A DNA stretch of 64,000 nt, taken from the NCBI GenBank assembly GCA_965243135.1, contig OZ251539.1, forward strand, positions 1,312,001 through 1,376,000, read 5' to 3'. The position numbers and the translations under genes are program-made. The notes below the pieces were generated by a model. It made no database searches. It was not told where the DNA came from and was given only the letters and a program-made list of their open reading frames with translations. The DNA is from Alphaproteobacteria bacterium (GTDB lineage Bacteria; Pseudomonadota; Alphaproteobacteria; MPNO01; UBA830). Of the stretch, positions 1 to 9,389 are shown piece after piece; the first letter of the stretch is position 1, and each line of letters starts with the position of its first letter.

Positions 1-28
1 ATCGGATGGTAAAGTTATCCCCACAGAA

Positions 29-691
29 GTGAATGGATGGATAATCAGAGGCGAAGGAATGGACAAAGGAAAGGAGGATCCGATAGAGAAGCAGCTGTGG
101 GATCCCGATATTGTCTGGATTGCAATCACGGAGAAAAATGTCAAGTCGATTGAGGGATATACACAAGGGATATTTTACAATTGGGATAAGCGGCAGGAAA
201 CACTAGATCAATTAATCGGATCGGAAGAGGGCAAATATGACGGGATGTGGGTGTGTGGAAGAATACACGAAATAAGCCAGAAACTACTTGAAATGGGTCG
301 AGGTTATCGAATATATGTGCATGCACGTCAAGTCTTTGGGAATGGGAAGGTGCAAGACCCTACAGATGAATGGGACCGTTATGACTATAATGTTGATCTG
401 CAGGAATCTGAGGATATGTATAGTATATACATTGGAAATATGATGGAAGATGAAGACGAATCGGTCAGTAAACTACTGATTGATGACCCTCATGAATGGG
501 GCGGTATGAGTGGCGGTGGAATTTGGTTAGCTCATATGAACGGGAGGGATTTTCGAGAGAAAGCTCTACCAGATATCACTCTGGTAGGAGTAGTATATGC
601 ACAGCACGGCATCGATCAACAAGGGCAATGGAGAGTGTTGCGTGGACACGGAATCAGAAGTCTGAAGCGAATATTAGACAGTGCAGGTTAA
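29..691 (+). CDS. Hypothetical protein, possible trypsin-like serine protease C-terminal part (probably 5'-partial)
   Basis: AT-richer ORF whose frame is open to the window edge; GGMSGGGIW followed by TLVGVVY resembles the trypsin GxSGG...lvGi motif. Confidence 0.45.
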   Translation: MNGWIIRGEGMDKGKEDPIEKQLWDPDIVWIAITEKNVKSIEGYTQGIFYNWDKRQETLDQLIGSEEGKYDGMWVCGRIHEISQKLLEMGRGYRIYVHARQVFGNGKVQDPTDEWDRYDYNVDLQESEDMYSIYIGNMMEDEDESVSKLLIDDPHEWGGMSGGGIWLAHMNGRDFREKALPDITLVGVVYAQHGIDQQGQWRVLRGHGIRSLKRILDSAG

Positions 692-779
692 TTGACAGTC
701 TTGACGTCGAATTTGGCGACGTGATCTGTGTTCGAATAGAACCGCACTCTTCGCTAAATGTCTGATTTTGCAATTACCT

Positions 780-1750
780 CAGACATCGGGCGACATTGAA
801 CTGTTCGTTAGGGTTTTTGCGATCACTGATCCGCTTCGTTCCGTAGCAGCCTCGATGTCTTTATTAGCGACATGCGCGTAGCGCAAGCTCATCAGCACGT
901 TCCGGCGGCCGAGTAGCCGCACGACGACCGGCAGCGGAATGCCCTGCAAGACCCCGCATGGCCGGCGGTGGTATGACGCAGATCGTGGAGGCGTACATCT
1001 TCCAGCCTTCCTCGGATACCCGTGCTAAACTGCGAGATTCCCCGATCGGGGCCCTGCTGGATTCAAGGGCGGCGAAAAAACATACGGGCCGCCTGTCCGA
1101 GGCTGGCGTCCTGATGCCGCGGGCCCCCTTCGCTCAAGAAGATTTTTCGGGGTCCGGTTTTTTGCTGTTCGCAAGATACAAGGTTTGACCGTCTACTTCA
1201 TGCCATTGCAAATTGACGATTTCGCTTTTTGGGTATCTTGTCGCGAGCAGAAGACGGATGATGTCCGCTTGCTGTTTGCGCGATGCTGTCTCGTGCCCGC
1301 AGCCGTTCAGTTCCGTATGGAGACAGCGGAGTTCCTCTCGCGACAGGAAGCGAGTGAGCCATGGACGCCTGTTCCGCTTGATGCCCTGCGCCGGATTCCT
1401 TGTGACCGCACATGATCGCGTGGTTCATCATCTGCAGAAATATGTCCGGCGTTCTGTTAGCTCCGTCGGGTGCCGTCCGGCTGTACCGGTCGAACCACCC
1501 GTCGACTTCCGCCGCGGCGACCCGGTCGAGCGGCATGGAACCGAAGGTCGGCAGCAACCGATCGTTCAGGACGAAGTTCACCATCCGTTGCGGCGGCGGC
1601 TTGTAACGCTTGCAGCAGGCGGCTTCCCGCTGATTCACGAAGAAATCCCCGAACGACGGCGCCGTTTTCGCGGGCGCGACAGCCTCGAAGATCACAATGA
1701 GGCGTCTCTGGGCGTTCCGCGGGGAGCGGAAGCAGCAATACTCGGGTACT
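780..1750 (-). pseudogene. Tyrosine recombinase/phage integrase, fragmented
   Basis: Minus strand reads LEDVRLHDLRHT (~965-1005) and LLGRRNVLMSLRYAH (~870-915); the N-terminal core-binding part RLLPTFGSMPLDRV lies in 1198..1695; frameshifted and interrupted near 1020-1185. Confidence 0.75.
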
Positions 1751-1761
1751 GACCAGGGGGT

Positions 1762-2694
1762 TCAGTAGCCGCGGTCGAGGTCGACCTGACCGACCAAGGG
1801 CTGGCCCGCCAAAGCCCTCCTGACGTTCTCCGCGATAACGGCGGCGCCAGATTCCGGCAGTGACCACGCCGCTGAGTGCGGATACAAGGTAATGCGGGGA
1901 TGCGCCCAAAAAGGGTGATCAGGGGGCAGGGGTTCCTCGCGGAATACGTCGAGGGTGGTATAGGACAACTGCTCCGAGTCGAGCGCATGGAGCAGATCCT
2001 GATCGACCAGATGGGCGCCGCGGGCGGCGTTGATCAGCACGGCGCCCGCGGGCAGCGCGCCGAGCGTCGTCGCGTCCAGGATATCTTCGGTTTCGGGGGT
2101 GAGTGGAAGAAGGCAGATCAGAATTTCGCTTCGTTCGAGCATCCGGAACAATCCGTCTTCTCCGGCGAGCGATTCCACGCCCTTGATCGATTTCCGGGAC
2201 CGCGACCAGCCGGCGACGGAGAATCCCAGGTCGCGGAGCGCTTCGGCGCAGGCGCGGCCCAGATACCCCAAACCGAGGATCCCGATCCGGCGTCGACCGG
2301 GTAGCGTCTGCGGCAGCAACCGCCATTCGCGGGCCGCCTGCTGAGCGCGATACTCCGGTTCCCGGCGATGATACCGGAGAACTTCCATGGTCACGAATTC
2401 GATCATGCCCGCCCGCAGGCCGGGATCGACCAAGCGGGCCAGCGGAACCCCCGCCGGCAGATTGCCGTCGCGAAGCACATGCTCGACGCCGGCGCCGAGC
2501 GACAGGATCGCCTTGAGGCGGGGAAGGGTCGCCAGGAGACCCGGCGGCGGCTGCCATGCCAGTGCGATGTCGATTTCGTCGACGTTTCCCGCCGCGTCCG
2601 GCCAGATCCGGAAGTCGAGGTCGGGAAGTTCGGCTTGCAGCGCCGCCTTCCAGGCCGCAGGATCTTCGCCATCGCAGAGAAACAGGAACGCCAT
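1762..2694 (-). CDS. ghrA: Glyoxylate/hydroxypyruvate reductase A (D-2-hydroxyacid dehydrogenase)
   Basis: GAGV, GILGLGYLG Rossmann motif, INAARG, LDVF..EPL, PHSA. Confidence 0.9.
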   Translation of the reverse strand: MAFLFLCDGEDPAAWKAALQAELPDLDFRIWPDAAGNVDEIDIALAWQPPPGLLATLPRLKAILSLGAGVEHVLRDGNLPAGVPLARLVDPGLRAGMIEFVTMEVLRYHRREPEYRAQQAAREWRLLPQTLPGRRRIGILGLGYLGRACAEALRDLGFSVAGWSRSRKSIKGVESLAGEDGLFRMLERSEILICLLPLTPETEDILDATTLGALPAGAVLINAARGAHLVDQDLLHALDSEQLSYTTLDVFREEPLPPDHPFWAHPRITLYPHSAAWSLPESGAAVIAENVRRALAGQPLVGQVDLDRGY

Positions 2695-3253
2695 CGCATG
2701 TCCGCTTTGATGAAACGCTGCCGGCCGATCCTACACGATTCGCCTGCGCCGGGTTGAAACCGGGGAGCGGTCGAAATGGCGTTTTGCGCGTCGCGCGCGT
2801 TTCGTCGGCCGCAGGCGTAGAACGCGGGGAGCGCATTGCCGCGGTCAAGCGCCTGTTTTGCAGTCTCGCGGATCAACGCGCGAGGCGGCTTTTCCCGAAA
2901 CATGACCGGATCACGTTCGCGCGTGAGCGCCGCCTCCGACAATCGTATTTCGTTCCATGATGGCGGTTTCCGGGCGTCGCAGCGCCATGGCGGGCGCCGG
3001 AAGGGCAGGGGCAGGCCAACGCTGCGCAAGGACAAGCGAGGCCCGCTTTGGCGCATCACTATCGGTTCGTCGACGAATGCAGATAATGTTCGCTCAATCC
3101 GCCATCCGGCCCTTTTCGCAAGTGCCGGTGAGACTATATCAACTTCCAGCCGTTCCCGGCGGCTGCCGGATTTCGGGGCAGTTCGGGAGAGATGCCCCAA
3201 AGCCGTCTTCGACCAAGGTTCGCCGGGAACGCATGTAGAAGGAGGCCGTCTCG

Positions 3254-4372
3254 ATGCTCATTGGAGTGCCGAAAGAAATCAAGGATCACGAATACCGCGT
3301 GGGGCTCACGCCGGACAGCGTGAACGAAGCGGTTCTGCACGGCCACGACGTGATCGTGGAGCAGGGCGCGGGCGCGGGAATCGGCGCCGACGACGCCGAT
3401 TACGTAGCAGTGGGAGCGACGGTCGCAGCCGGTTCCGAGGAAGTCTTCGAACGGGCGGAGATGATCGTCAAGGTAAAGGAGCCGCAGGCCGGCGAGCGGG
3501 CGATGCTGCGCGAAGGGCAGATCCTGTTCACGTATCTCCATCTCGCTCCCGACCCGGAGCAGACCGCGGACCTGGTCGAGAGCAAGGCGGTGTGCATCGC
3601 TTACGAGACGGTAACCTCCCCTTCGGGCGGGCTTCCTCTGCTCGCGCCGATGTCGGAAGTCGCCGGCCGGCTCTCGATCCAGGCCGCGGCTCACGCGCTC
3701 GAAAAGGTCAATGGCGGAAAAGGAATGCTGTTGGGCGGGGTGCCCGGGGTGCTGCCCGCCAAGGTCGTCGTCATCGGCGGCGGCGTGGTCGGCACACATG
3801 CCGCGCACATCGCGATGGGAATGGGCGCGGATACATGGGTGATCGACCGTTCGGCCGAGGCGCTCAAGGCATTGTGGCGCCAGTTCGGACGCCCGTTGGA
3901 CACCGTCTACTCCACCCGTACCGCGATCGATCGTCACGTCACCGGCGCGGACGTGGTGATCGGCGGGGTGCTCATTCCGGGCGCGGCCGCTCCCAAGCTT
4001 GTCACCGCGGACATGGTTCGCCGCATGAAACCGGGATCGGTCGTGGTCGATGTCGCCATCGATCAGGGAGGCTGCGTCGAGACCTCGCGCCCCACGACCC
4101 ACAGCGATCCGACTTTTATCGTCGACGGCGTGGTCCACTACTGCGTCGCGAACATACCGGGCGCGGTGCCGCGAACCTCGACGTTCGCGCTCAACAACGC
4201 GACCCTGCCGCATGTCCTCGCCCTCGCGAACAAGGGTTACCGTCAGGCTCTCGTCGACGACCCGCATCTGCGCAACGGCCTGAACGTGCATGCCGGCCAC
4301 GTCACCTGCAAGGAGGTTGCCGCGGCGCTCGGCTACGACTACCGGGATCCTGCGGAGGCGGTCGCCGTCTGA
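3254..4372 (+). CDS. ald: Alanine dehydrogenase
   Basis: [50 protein letters not shown]; GGAGG RBS upstream. Confidence 0.97.
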   Translation: MLIGVPKEIKDHEYRVGLTPDSVNEAVLHGHDVIVEQGAGAGIGADDADYVAVGATVAAGSEEVFERAEMIVKVKEPQAGERAMLREGQILFTYLHLAPDPEQTADLVESKAVCIAYETVTSPSGGLPLLAPMSEVAGRLSIQAAAHALEKVNGGKGMLLGGVPGVLPAKVVVIGGGVVGTHAAHIAMGMGADTWVIDRSAEALKALWRQFGRPLDTVYSTRTAIDRHVTGADVVIGGVLIPGAAAPKLVTADMVRRMKPGSVVVDVAIDQGGCVETSRPTTHSDPTFIVDGVVHYCVANIPGAVPRTSTFALNNATLPHVLALANKGYRQALVDDPHLRNGLNVHAGHVTCKEVAAALGYDYRDPAEAVAV

Positions 4373-4497
4373 GGGGCCACCCTCCCTGCAGCGGCGGTCG
4401 GCAGCGCGCCCGGCAGCGCGTCGGATTCGTTATCGGGCGGCCGCCTCCGTCGTTGTTTCCCGGTGCGCAGCCGTCGTCGGGACCGCGCAACCGGGAT

Positions 4498-7194
4498 TCA
4501 GAACGAGAGTCGATAGCCTGCAAGCAAGGTCAATTCCGGAGTGCGGCCGACCGTGTGGTCGGGCTGGAACGATACCGTCGCCCCGAAACGCGGCGTGCCG
4601 CCTATCGCGTCTGCAGGCCGGCGCCAGTCCGCGCCGATGTCTATCTGGCGTCCGGACGGAGTTAGCGGCGCGTTCACGACGCTGCGCACCACCTCGCCCC
4701 GCTTGGTGCGGCCGGTAGGAACGGCAAGCTGCATCCGGCCTCGCTCCACCCGCAAAGGCTGGGACAGCGAAAAACGAAGCCGGTCGCCGCCTTCGAAAGC
4801 GCGCTCCGCGGAAAGGGAAAACGCGGAAGTGGCGACAGTGGACACCTCCTTGACCATGCCGCCCGACGCATCGGAACCGGTCACGCCCAGTTCCGCTTCG
4901 GCGCGTATTCCCCAGTCGCCGACAGCCGTGTCGAAACCGGTTCCGGCGAAGGCGACGCCCGAGGAGAGCTTTCCGAACGCGCCGCTCGCGTTCGTGCCCA
5001 GCGAGCTTCGGAATTCGCGCAACGCGCCGAATTGCAGGCCGAGGGCGGAGCTCGGCGGCTGCCATGCAAGCACCACGCCCGCTTCGGGAACCCTTACCTC
5101 ACCCCCCAATCGGTTGTTCAACGCCGGAGCGGCGGCGAGCGCCGACGCCCGGAGTTCTCCTTCGCCGAGGGCCAGCGAAAGGCCGCCGTAATCCACCGGG
5201 ACCAGAGAGGCGTGTCCGCCGGACCACCATTCGCCTGCCGTCCGGTTTATTCCAAGCTGCATGCGCGTGGACGCGAAGGGCGTTTCGACGATCCCGTCGA
5301 GGGAGGCGCCCGCGCGAAGGCTGTCGCGCCGTTCCGATCGCATGAACCGGGTCAACCGGTCTTCAAGGGCCGGCCTGGCGGCGGTATGCGTGAATCCGTC
5401 CAGCCCCAACCAGAACGGAGCGTTCAACTCGTCGAAGACCGCCACCTCCCGGCCCCTGAACGCCGCGGCGAGGGCGTTGCCCGCAGGGCCACCGCTGCGC
5501 AGCATGCTCGACGCCGCGGCCACCCGTTTTCCGGACAGTGCGTTTCCAAGCGCGATGGTCATCCCTCCGACGGGCTCCGTAGCGGCGTCGAGGTCCATCA
5601 ATCCCCATCCGTGCGTGGACGACAGCTCGCATGTGGAGCGGTCTCTGTCGGTATCGAGGTGTTCGGGACATTGCTCTCCCTCCGCTACCGAGTCGGGCCG
5701 GGTGGCATCGCTGTCCCGGTCAGCGGTGCGGTAGAGGCGGGTCAGGATTTCGGTGTTGCCCATTTGGCCGCGGAAGTAGTGCTTCAGGACAGCGAGGCCG
5801 CCCGCCACGAGGGGTGCCGCGAAAGACGTGCCCCGCATGCCGCGGATATAGCCCCTTACTGGTCTGGAATCCGTAGGTGAGGCCGGGCCGAAATAGGCTA
5901 CCAACATGTCTTCGCCTGGAGCGGCGATGCACCATTTGGCGGCGATGCCGCACCGGTTCGAGAACCCGGCGAGCGTACCGTCGCGCCGTGTCGCCACCAC
6001 CGAGACCGAATGTTTTCGCAGCCCTTCGATGTGTACGGGAAGAGCGTTGAGGACCGCCGGGGAGGTGGCATCGATCGTCCCCTCGCGGGACAAATCGTCC
6101 CCGATGCCCGTTACAACGATATTGACGCAATTGTCCGTCCCATCAGTACACTTCTGCCCATGGTCGTTGCCGGCCGCCCAGACAAGCAAGGTCTTGTCCG
6201 CGTCATCCTTGCTGGATTGCGCCGCCGCCGTGATGGTTTCGTCGAGGGCCCTTTCGAGGACCATCCTGTCGTAATTTTCAATCAGGCCCTGAGCAGCGAA
6301 ACTCATGTTCAGGATGTCCACGCCCTGGTCGGGATCCAGCGCGGCGCGAAGCCGAGGGCCCAATGCGCCGGTATCGTAATTAGCCAGATTACTGATCGAA
6401 ATCGGTTCGTAGGGCCTGTCAGAACCCGATCCCAACGGGATGGCATACATCTTCAAGTTGGCGCCCCAGGCGATGCCGTGAAAATCCCATTGTTCGAACC
6501 CATGCCCAGATGGCACCCCTCGGTCCCGCTGGGCGGCGATCAGGCTCGCCACTGCCGTACCGTGACTGAAGCTGCTGCCGTCTTCGTCTTCCGCTCCGAG
6601 CATCGTCTCAGTAACTCGGAGCTGATCGAATTCCCAATGATTTTGATCAATGCCTGTGTCGATAAGCCCCACCGTTACCCCGGTTCCAGGTGCCCCAAGT
6701 GCCACAGCAGCGACCTCTCTTTGCCTTTGCGCGAGTTTGGCGTAGGCATTCGCTGCATGGGATGCGCCCAGACCCCAATTTCGGGAAATCGATCCAAATT
6801 GGGTACGATATTCTTGGTGCTTCCTGTAGTCGTCGGCTGTGGGCGGCGGGTTTGTGGGCGGCGGGTTTGTGGGCGGTGGTGGCGGTGATGCTGCGGGCGG
6901 CGGTAGATCGATCAAAGAGATCGCTAGGTCGGGTGTAAGGGCGGGAGCTAGAGGATCTGTCGGCCGCTCTTCCTCTTCCTGCCGCTCTTCCTCTTCCTGC
7001 CGCTCTTCCTCTTCCTGCCGCTCTTCCTCTTCCTGCCGCTCTTCCTCTTCCTGCCGCTCTTCGCTTGTCGGCGCGACGCCGCCGCCGCCACCCCCTCCGC
7101 ATGCGGCCAACAGCGGTCCGCCAACGATGCAGAGCGCTAGCAGCCACGCTGCAATCCGGCCGTTCGAGCGCTTCGTCACTTGGGCGAGTGTCAT
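4498..7194 (-). CDS. Lipoprotein S8 (subtilisin-like) serine protease with probable C-terminal beta-barrel
   Basis: Lipobox LLAAC-GGGGGG; triad LIDTGID / SHGTAVA / GTSFAAP; AAGND oxyanion motif; beta-rich C-terminus ending YRLSF. Confidence 0.88.
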   Translation of the reverse strand: MTLAQVTKRSNGRIAAWLLALCIVGGPLLAACGGGGGGGVAPTSEERQEEEERQEEEERQEEEERQEEEERQEEEERPTDPLAPALTPDLAISLIDLPPPAASPPPPPTNPPPTNPPPTADDYRKHQEYRTQFGSISRNWGLGASHAANAYAKLAQRQREVAAVALGAPGTGVTVGLIDTGIDQNHWEFDQLRVTETMLGAEDEDGSSFSHGTAVASLIAAQRDRGVPSGHGFEQWDFHGIAWGANLKMYAIPLGSGSDRPYEPISISNLANYDTGALGPRLRAALDPDQGVDILNMSFAAQGLIENYDRMVLERALDETITAAAQSSKDDADKTLLVWAAGNDHGQKCTDGTDNCVNIVVTGIGDDLSREGTIDATSPAVLNALPVHIEGLRKHSVSVVATRRDGTLAGFSNRCGIAAKWCIAAPGEDMLVAYFGPASPTDSRPVRGYIRGMRGTSFAAPLVAGGLAVLKHYFRGQMGNTEILTRLYRTADRDSDATRPDSVAEGEQCPEHLDTDRDRSTCELSSTHGWGLMDLDAATEPVGGMTIALGNALSGKRVAAASSMLRSGGPAGNALAAAFRGREVAVFDELNAPFWLGLDGFTHTAARPALEDRLTRFMRSERRDSLRAGASLDGIVETPFASTRMQLGINRTAGEWWSGGHASLVPVDYGGLSLALGEGELRASALAAAPALNNRLGGEVRVPEAGVVLAWQPPSSALGLQFGALREFRSSLGTNASGAFGKLSSGVAFAGTGFDTAVGDWGIRAEAELGVTGSDASGGMVKEVSTVATSAFSLSAERAFEGGDRLRFSLSQPLRVERGRMQLAVPTGRTKRGEVVRSVVNAPLTPSGRQIDIGADWRRPADAIGGTPRFGATVSFQPDHTVGRTPELTLLAGYRLSF
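6963..7062. repeat. 18-bp tandem repeat (GCCGCTCTTCCTCTTCCT) x~5.5 encoding (QEEEER)n
   Basis: Direct reading; in frame within the S8 N-terminal linker. Confidence 0.95.
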
Positions 7195-7646
7195 GGTCGT
7201 GCACCCTCAAGCTTGAAGAGATTCCTTCATTGGCACCTATAGCACAAATCGCGACCCGCGAAATCGATTTTGACCCGCCGTGAAGTTCGGAATTCTGGCA
7301 CGCAGTCGGACGCCGCCGAGCGAGATCCGGAGACCGCGGTGGGCCTGGAGTCGGCAGCGCTGGGCGAAACCCGCGTACCGGTGCCGTGAACGCGGAAAAG
7401 TAACGCAGACCGTTCCCAGCATGTCGGAGCTGAGCGCCAGAGTTCAGTGGGCGGACTCCACATGCGGTACGGATGTCGCACCCCTGTTGAAGAGACCGCC
7501 AAGCCTCGGAGAGAGAACGCCGCGACGAACGCAGATCGTTTGCCGAGCGCGAGATTGCCGAGAGGCTTCGTTCCGACGCGGCGAAGCAGGGGCGATTTCG
7601 CAAGCCGGACATGACGTTGAACGCCGTCCTGTCGCCGACCGGGAGG

Positions 7647-8130
7647 GTAAGCGTTCGCACCCGGGGACGAAAAAACTCGTCTGGGGACTGCTCACGGGAT
7701 TTTGACCCTTCGTCCTCATGGAGTTGGCGATACCGGATTCTTGCTTCGAAACGACAGACGGGCAGGGGGCTTTGCTGCTCGCAGCGACCCTCCGGCGGCG
7801 GGACGAGGCGTTGCGGCGGCGGGATGACGCGCGTCAAGAAGCGGAAGCGTTGCGCTGGAAGGAAGTAAGCGCGCGGCAGCAGGCGGCGTTCTGGCGGCGC
7901 GTCGGGCGCGAGACCGCGCTGAGGCGGTGCGCAAGGAACTGGAGCGCCCAGCGTCTCCGGTGAACAAACTCGAACGGGAGGTGAGCCGACTCCGGCATGG
8001 CGAAATCGAGAGCCGCTTGCGCTGCACGTCTTGAAATGGCTTTCAGGGCGCACGGCCCGATTCTGGCACGGAAAACTGCGAATTTTCCGCGCCGGGAACG
8101 CCGTTTTCTCGGATTCCGCCCCAAGCCGCT
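7647..8130 (+). mobile_element. IS66-like left-end remnant
   Basis: Starts GTAAGCGTTCG; degenerate coiled-coil ORF MELAIPDS; paralogous to 16499-16990. Confidence 0.7.
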
Positions 8131-8169
8131 ACCCCGGCGTGGGATCGCCCTGCGGCGTAGGCCGGCCCC

Positions 8170-8235
8170 TTGAAATCCGGCGAACCGGTCCTATATGTAG
8201 TTATGCACGGTAGTTTGTGCACAACTCAAGGGAGG
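8170..8235 (+). promoter_or_regulatory. Putative sigma70 promoter, inverted-repeat operator and RBS of the MBL operon
   Basis: TTGAAA-N16-TATATG; AGTTATGCAC-N8-GTGCACAACT; GGGAGG before ATG 8244. Confidence 0.45.
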
Positions 8236-8243
8236 CACTGAAA

Positions 8244-9389
8244 ATGGCTATCGACCCGCCTGATCAGGGGTTCATCTTCTGGCCGGTTGGCACCGGCGAC
8301 AGCACGACCATTCGCGTGGCGGAGAAAGTCTACCTGCAGGTGGACCTCCGGCACATGGCGAAATCCGAAGACGATAAGGACGCGGCTTGGCCCGTGATCG
8401 ACGAGTTGATCGAGATACTGCCGAAGCGGGATGGCGGGCCGTTCCTATCGGGGTTCGCTCTTACCCATCCCGATCTGGACCACTGTCAGGGCTTCGAGGA
8501 GCTCAACGAGCGCGTGTTTATCTCGGAGCTCTGGATGTCGCCAAGGACGTTCCGTGAAATCCGTGAGGACGAGGATCTTTGCGACGACGCGCAAGCCTTC
8601 CACGACGAAGCGATGCGACGCGTTGAAGCGACCATTGCGGCCGGTGGCGATCCTGGGCGCGGTGACCGGATTCGTATCATTGGTTACGACGACCTGCTTC
8701 AGGAGCCCGATTTCCAGGGCTTCCCCGAAGAATTCCTGTCCGTTCCGGGCCAAACCGTCACGACCCTCGACGGTGAAGAGCTCTCCGGGACATTCGAGGC
8801 GTTCGTTCACGCGCCCTTCAAGGACGACAGCTTTGGCGATCGGAACGAATGCAGCTTGGCCTTTCAGATAACTCTTCGCGACGGAGACGGCGTCGGCCGG
8901 GCGCTGCTCATGGGCGACCTCAATTACCCGATCGTCCGGCGCATCTTCGATCGTAGCGAGGCCGAAACGCTCGCCTGGAATGTGCTTCTGGCGCCCCATC
9001 ACTGCTCGAAGTCCGTCATGTACTGGAAAGACGAGGACGAGGAAACTCTGAAGCCCGAGATGGTGCGGGATATCGGTAATGCGGCCCTTGATCCGGGATA
9101 CGTTGTGTCGAGCTCGGAACCGGTGCCAGCGCGCAACGAGCCGGGAGACAACCCGCCGCACGCCAAGGCGAAGAGGCAGTACGAGCGCATCGTCCCCAAC
9201 GAGTTCCTGTGCACCCACGAACATCCGGACAAGAAGAATCCCGAACCGATCGTCTTCGAGGTCAGCGAGAACGGCTTCGCATACGTCGGCGAAAGCGAAG
9301 CGAGTAAGTCAATGGGCGACGCACTGAGAGCGGCCGGTGTTGCCGTAGCCCCTGCTGAGGCGGTCGGATTTGGTCGTGGCGCTGAGTGA
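8244..9389 (+). CDS. ComEC/Rec2-like metallo-beta-lactamase-fold hydrolase (probable nuclease)
   Basis: VGTGDST, THPDLDHCQG, NECSL, LLMGD, PHHCS; low-complexity tail ending VGFGRGAE. Confidence 0.88.
   Translation: MAIDPPDQGFIFWPVGTGDSTTIRVAEKVYLQVDLRHMAKSEDDKDAAWPVIDELIEILPKRDGGPFLSGFALTHPDLDHCQGFEELNERVFISELWMSPRTFREIREDEDLCDDAQAFHDEAMRRVEATIAAGGDPGRGDRIRIIGYDDLLQEPDFQGFPEEFLSVPGQTVTTLDGEELSGTFEAFVHAPFKDDSFGDRNECSLAFQITLRDGDGVGRALLMGDLNYPIVRRIFDRSEAETLAWNVLLAPHHCSKSVMYWKDEDEETLKPEMVRDIGNAALDPGYVVSSSEPVPARNEPGDNPPHAKAKRQYERIVPNEFLCTHEHPDKKNPEPIVFEVSENGFAYVGESEASKSMGDALRAAGVAVAPAEAVGFGRGAE

Noticed and set aside
2836-4665. Long Arg/Gly/Pro-rich alternative-frame ORFs here and throughout (e.g. 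9262..11028, 36542..38311, 50974..52422)
   Set aside because: Shadow ORFs of real genes in high-GC DNA, with no motifs
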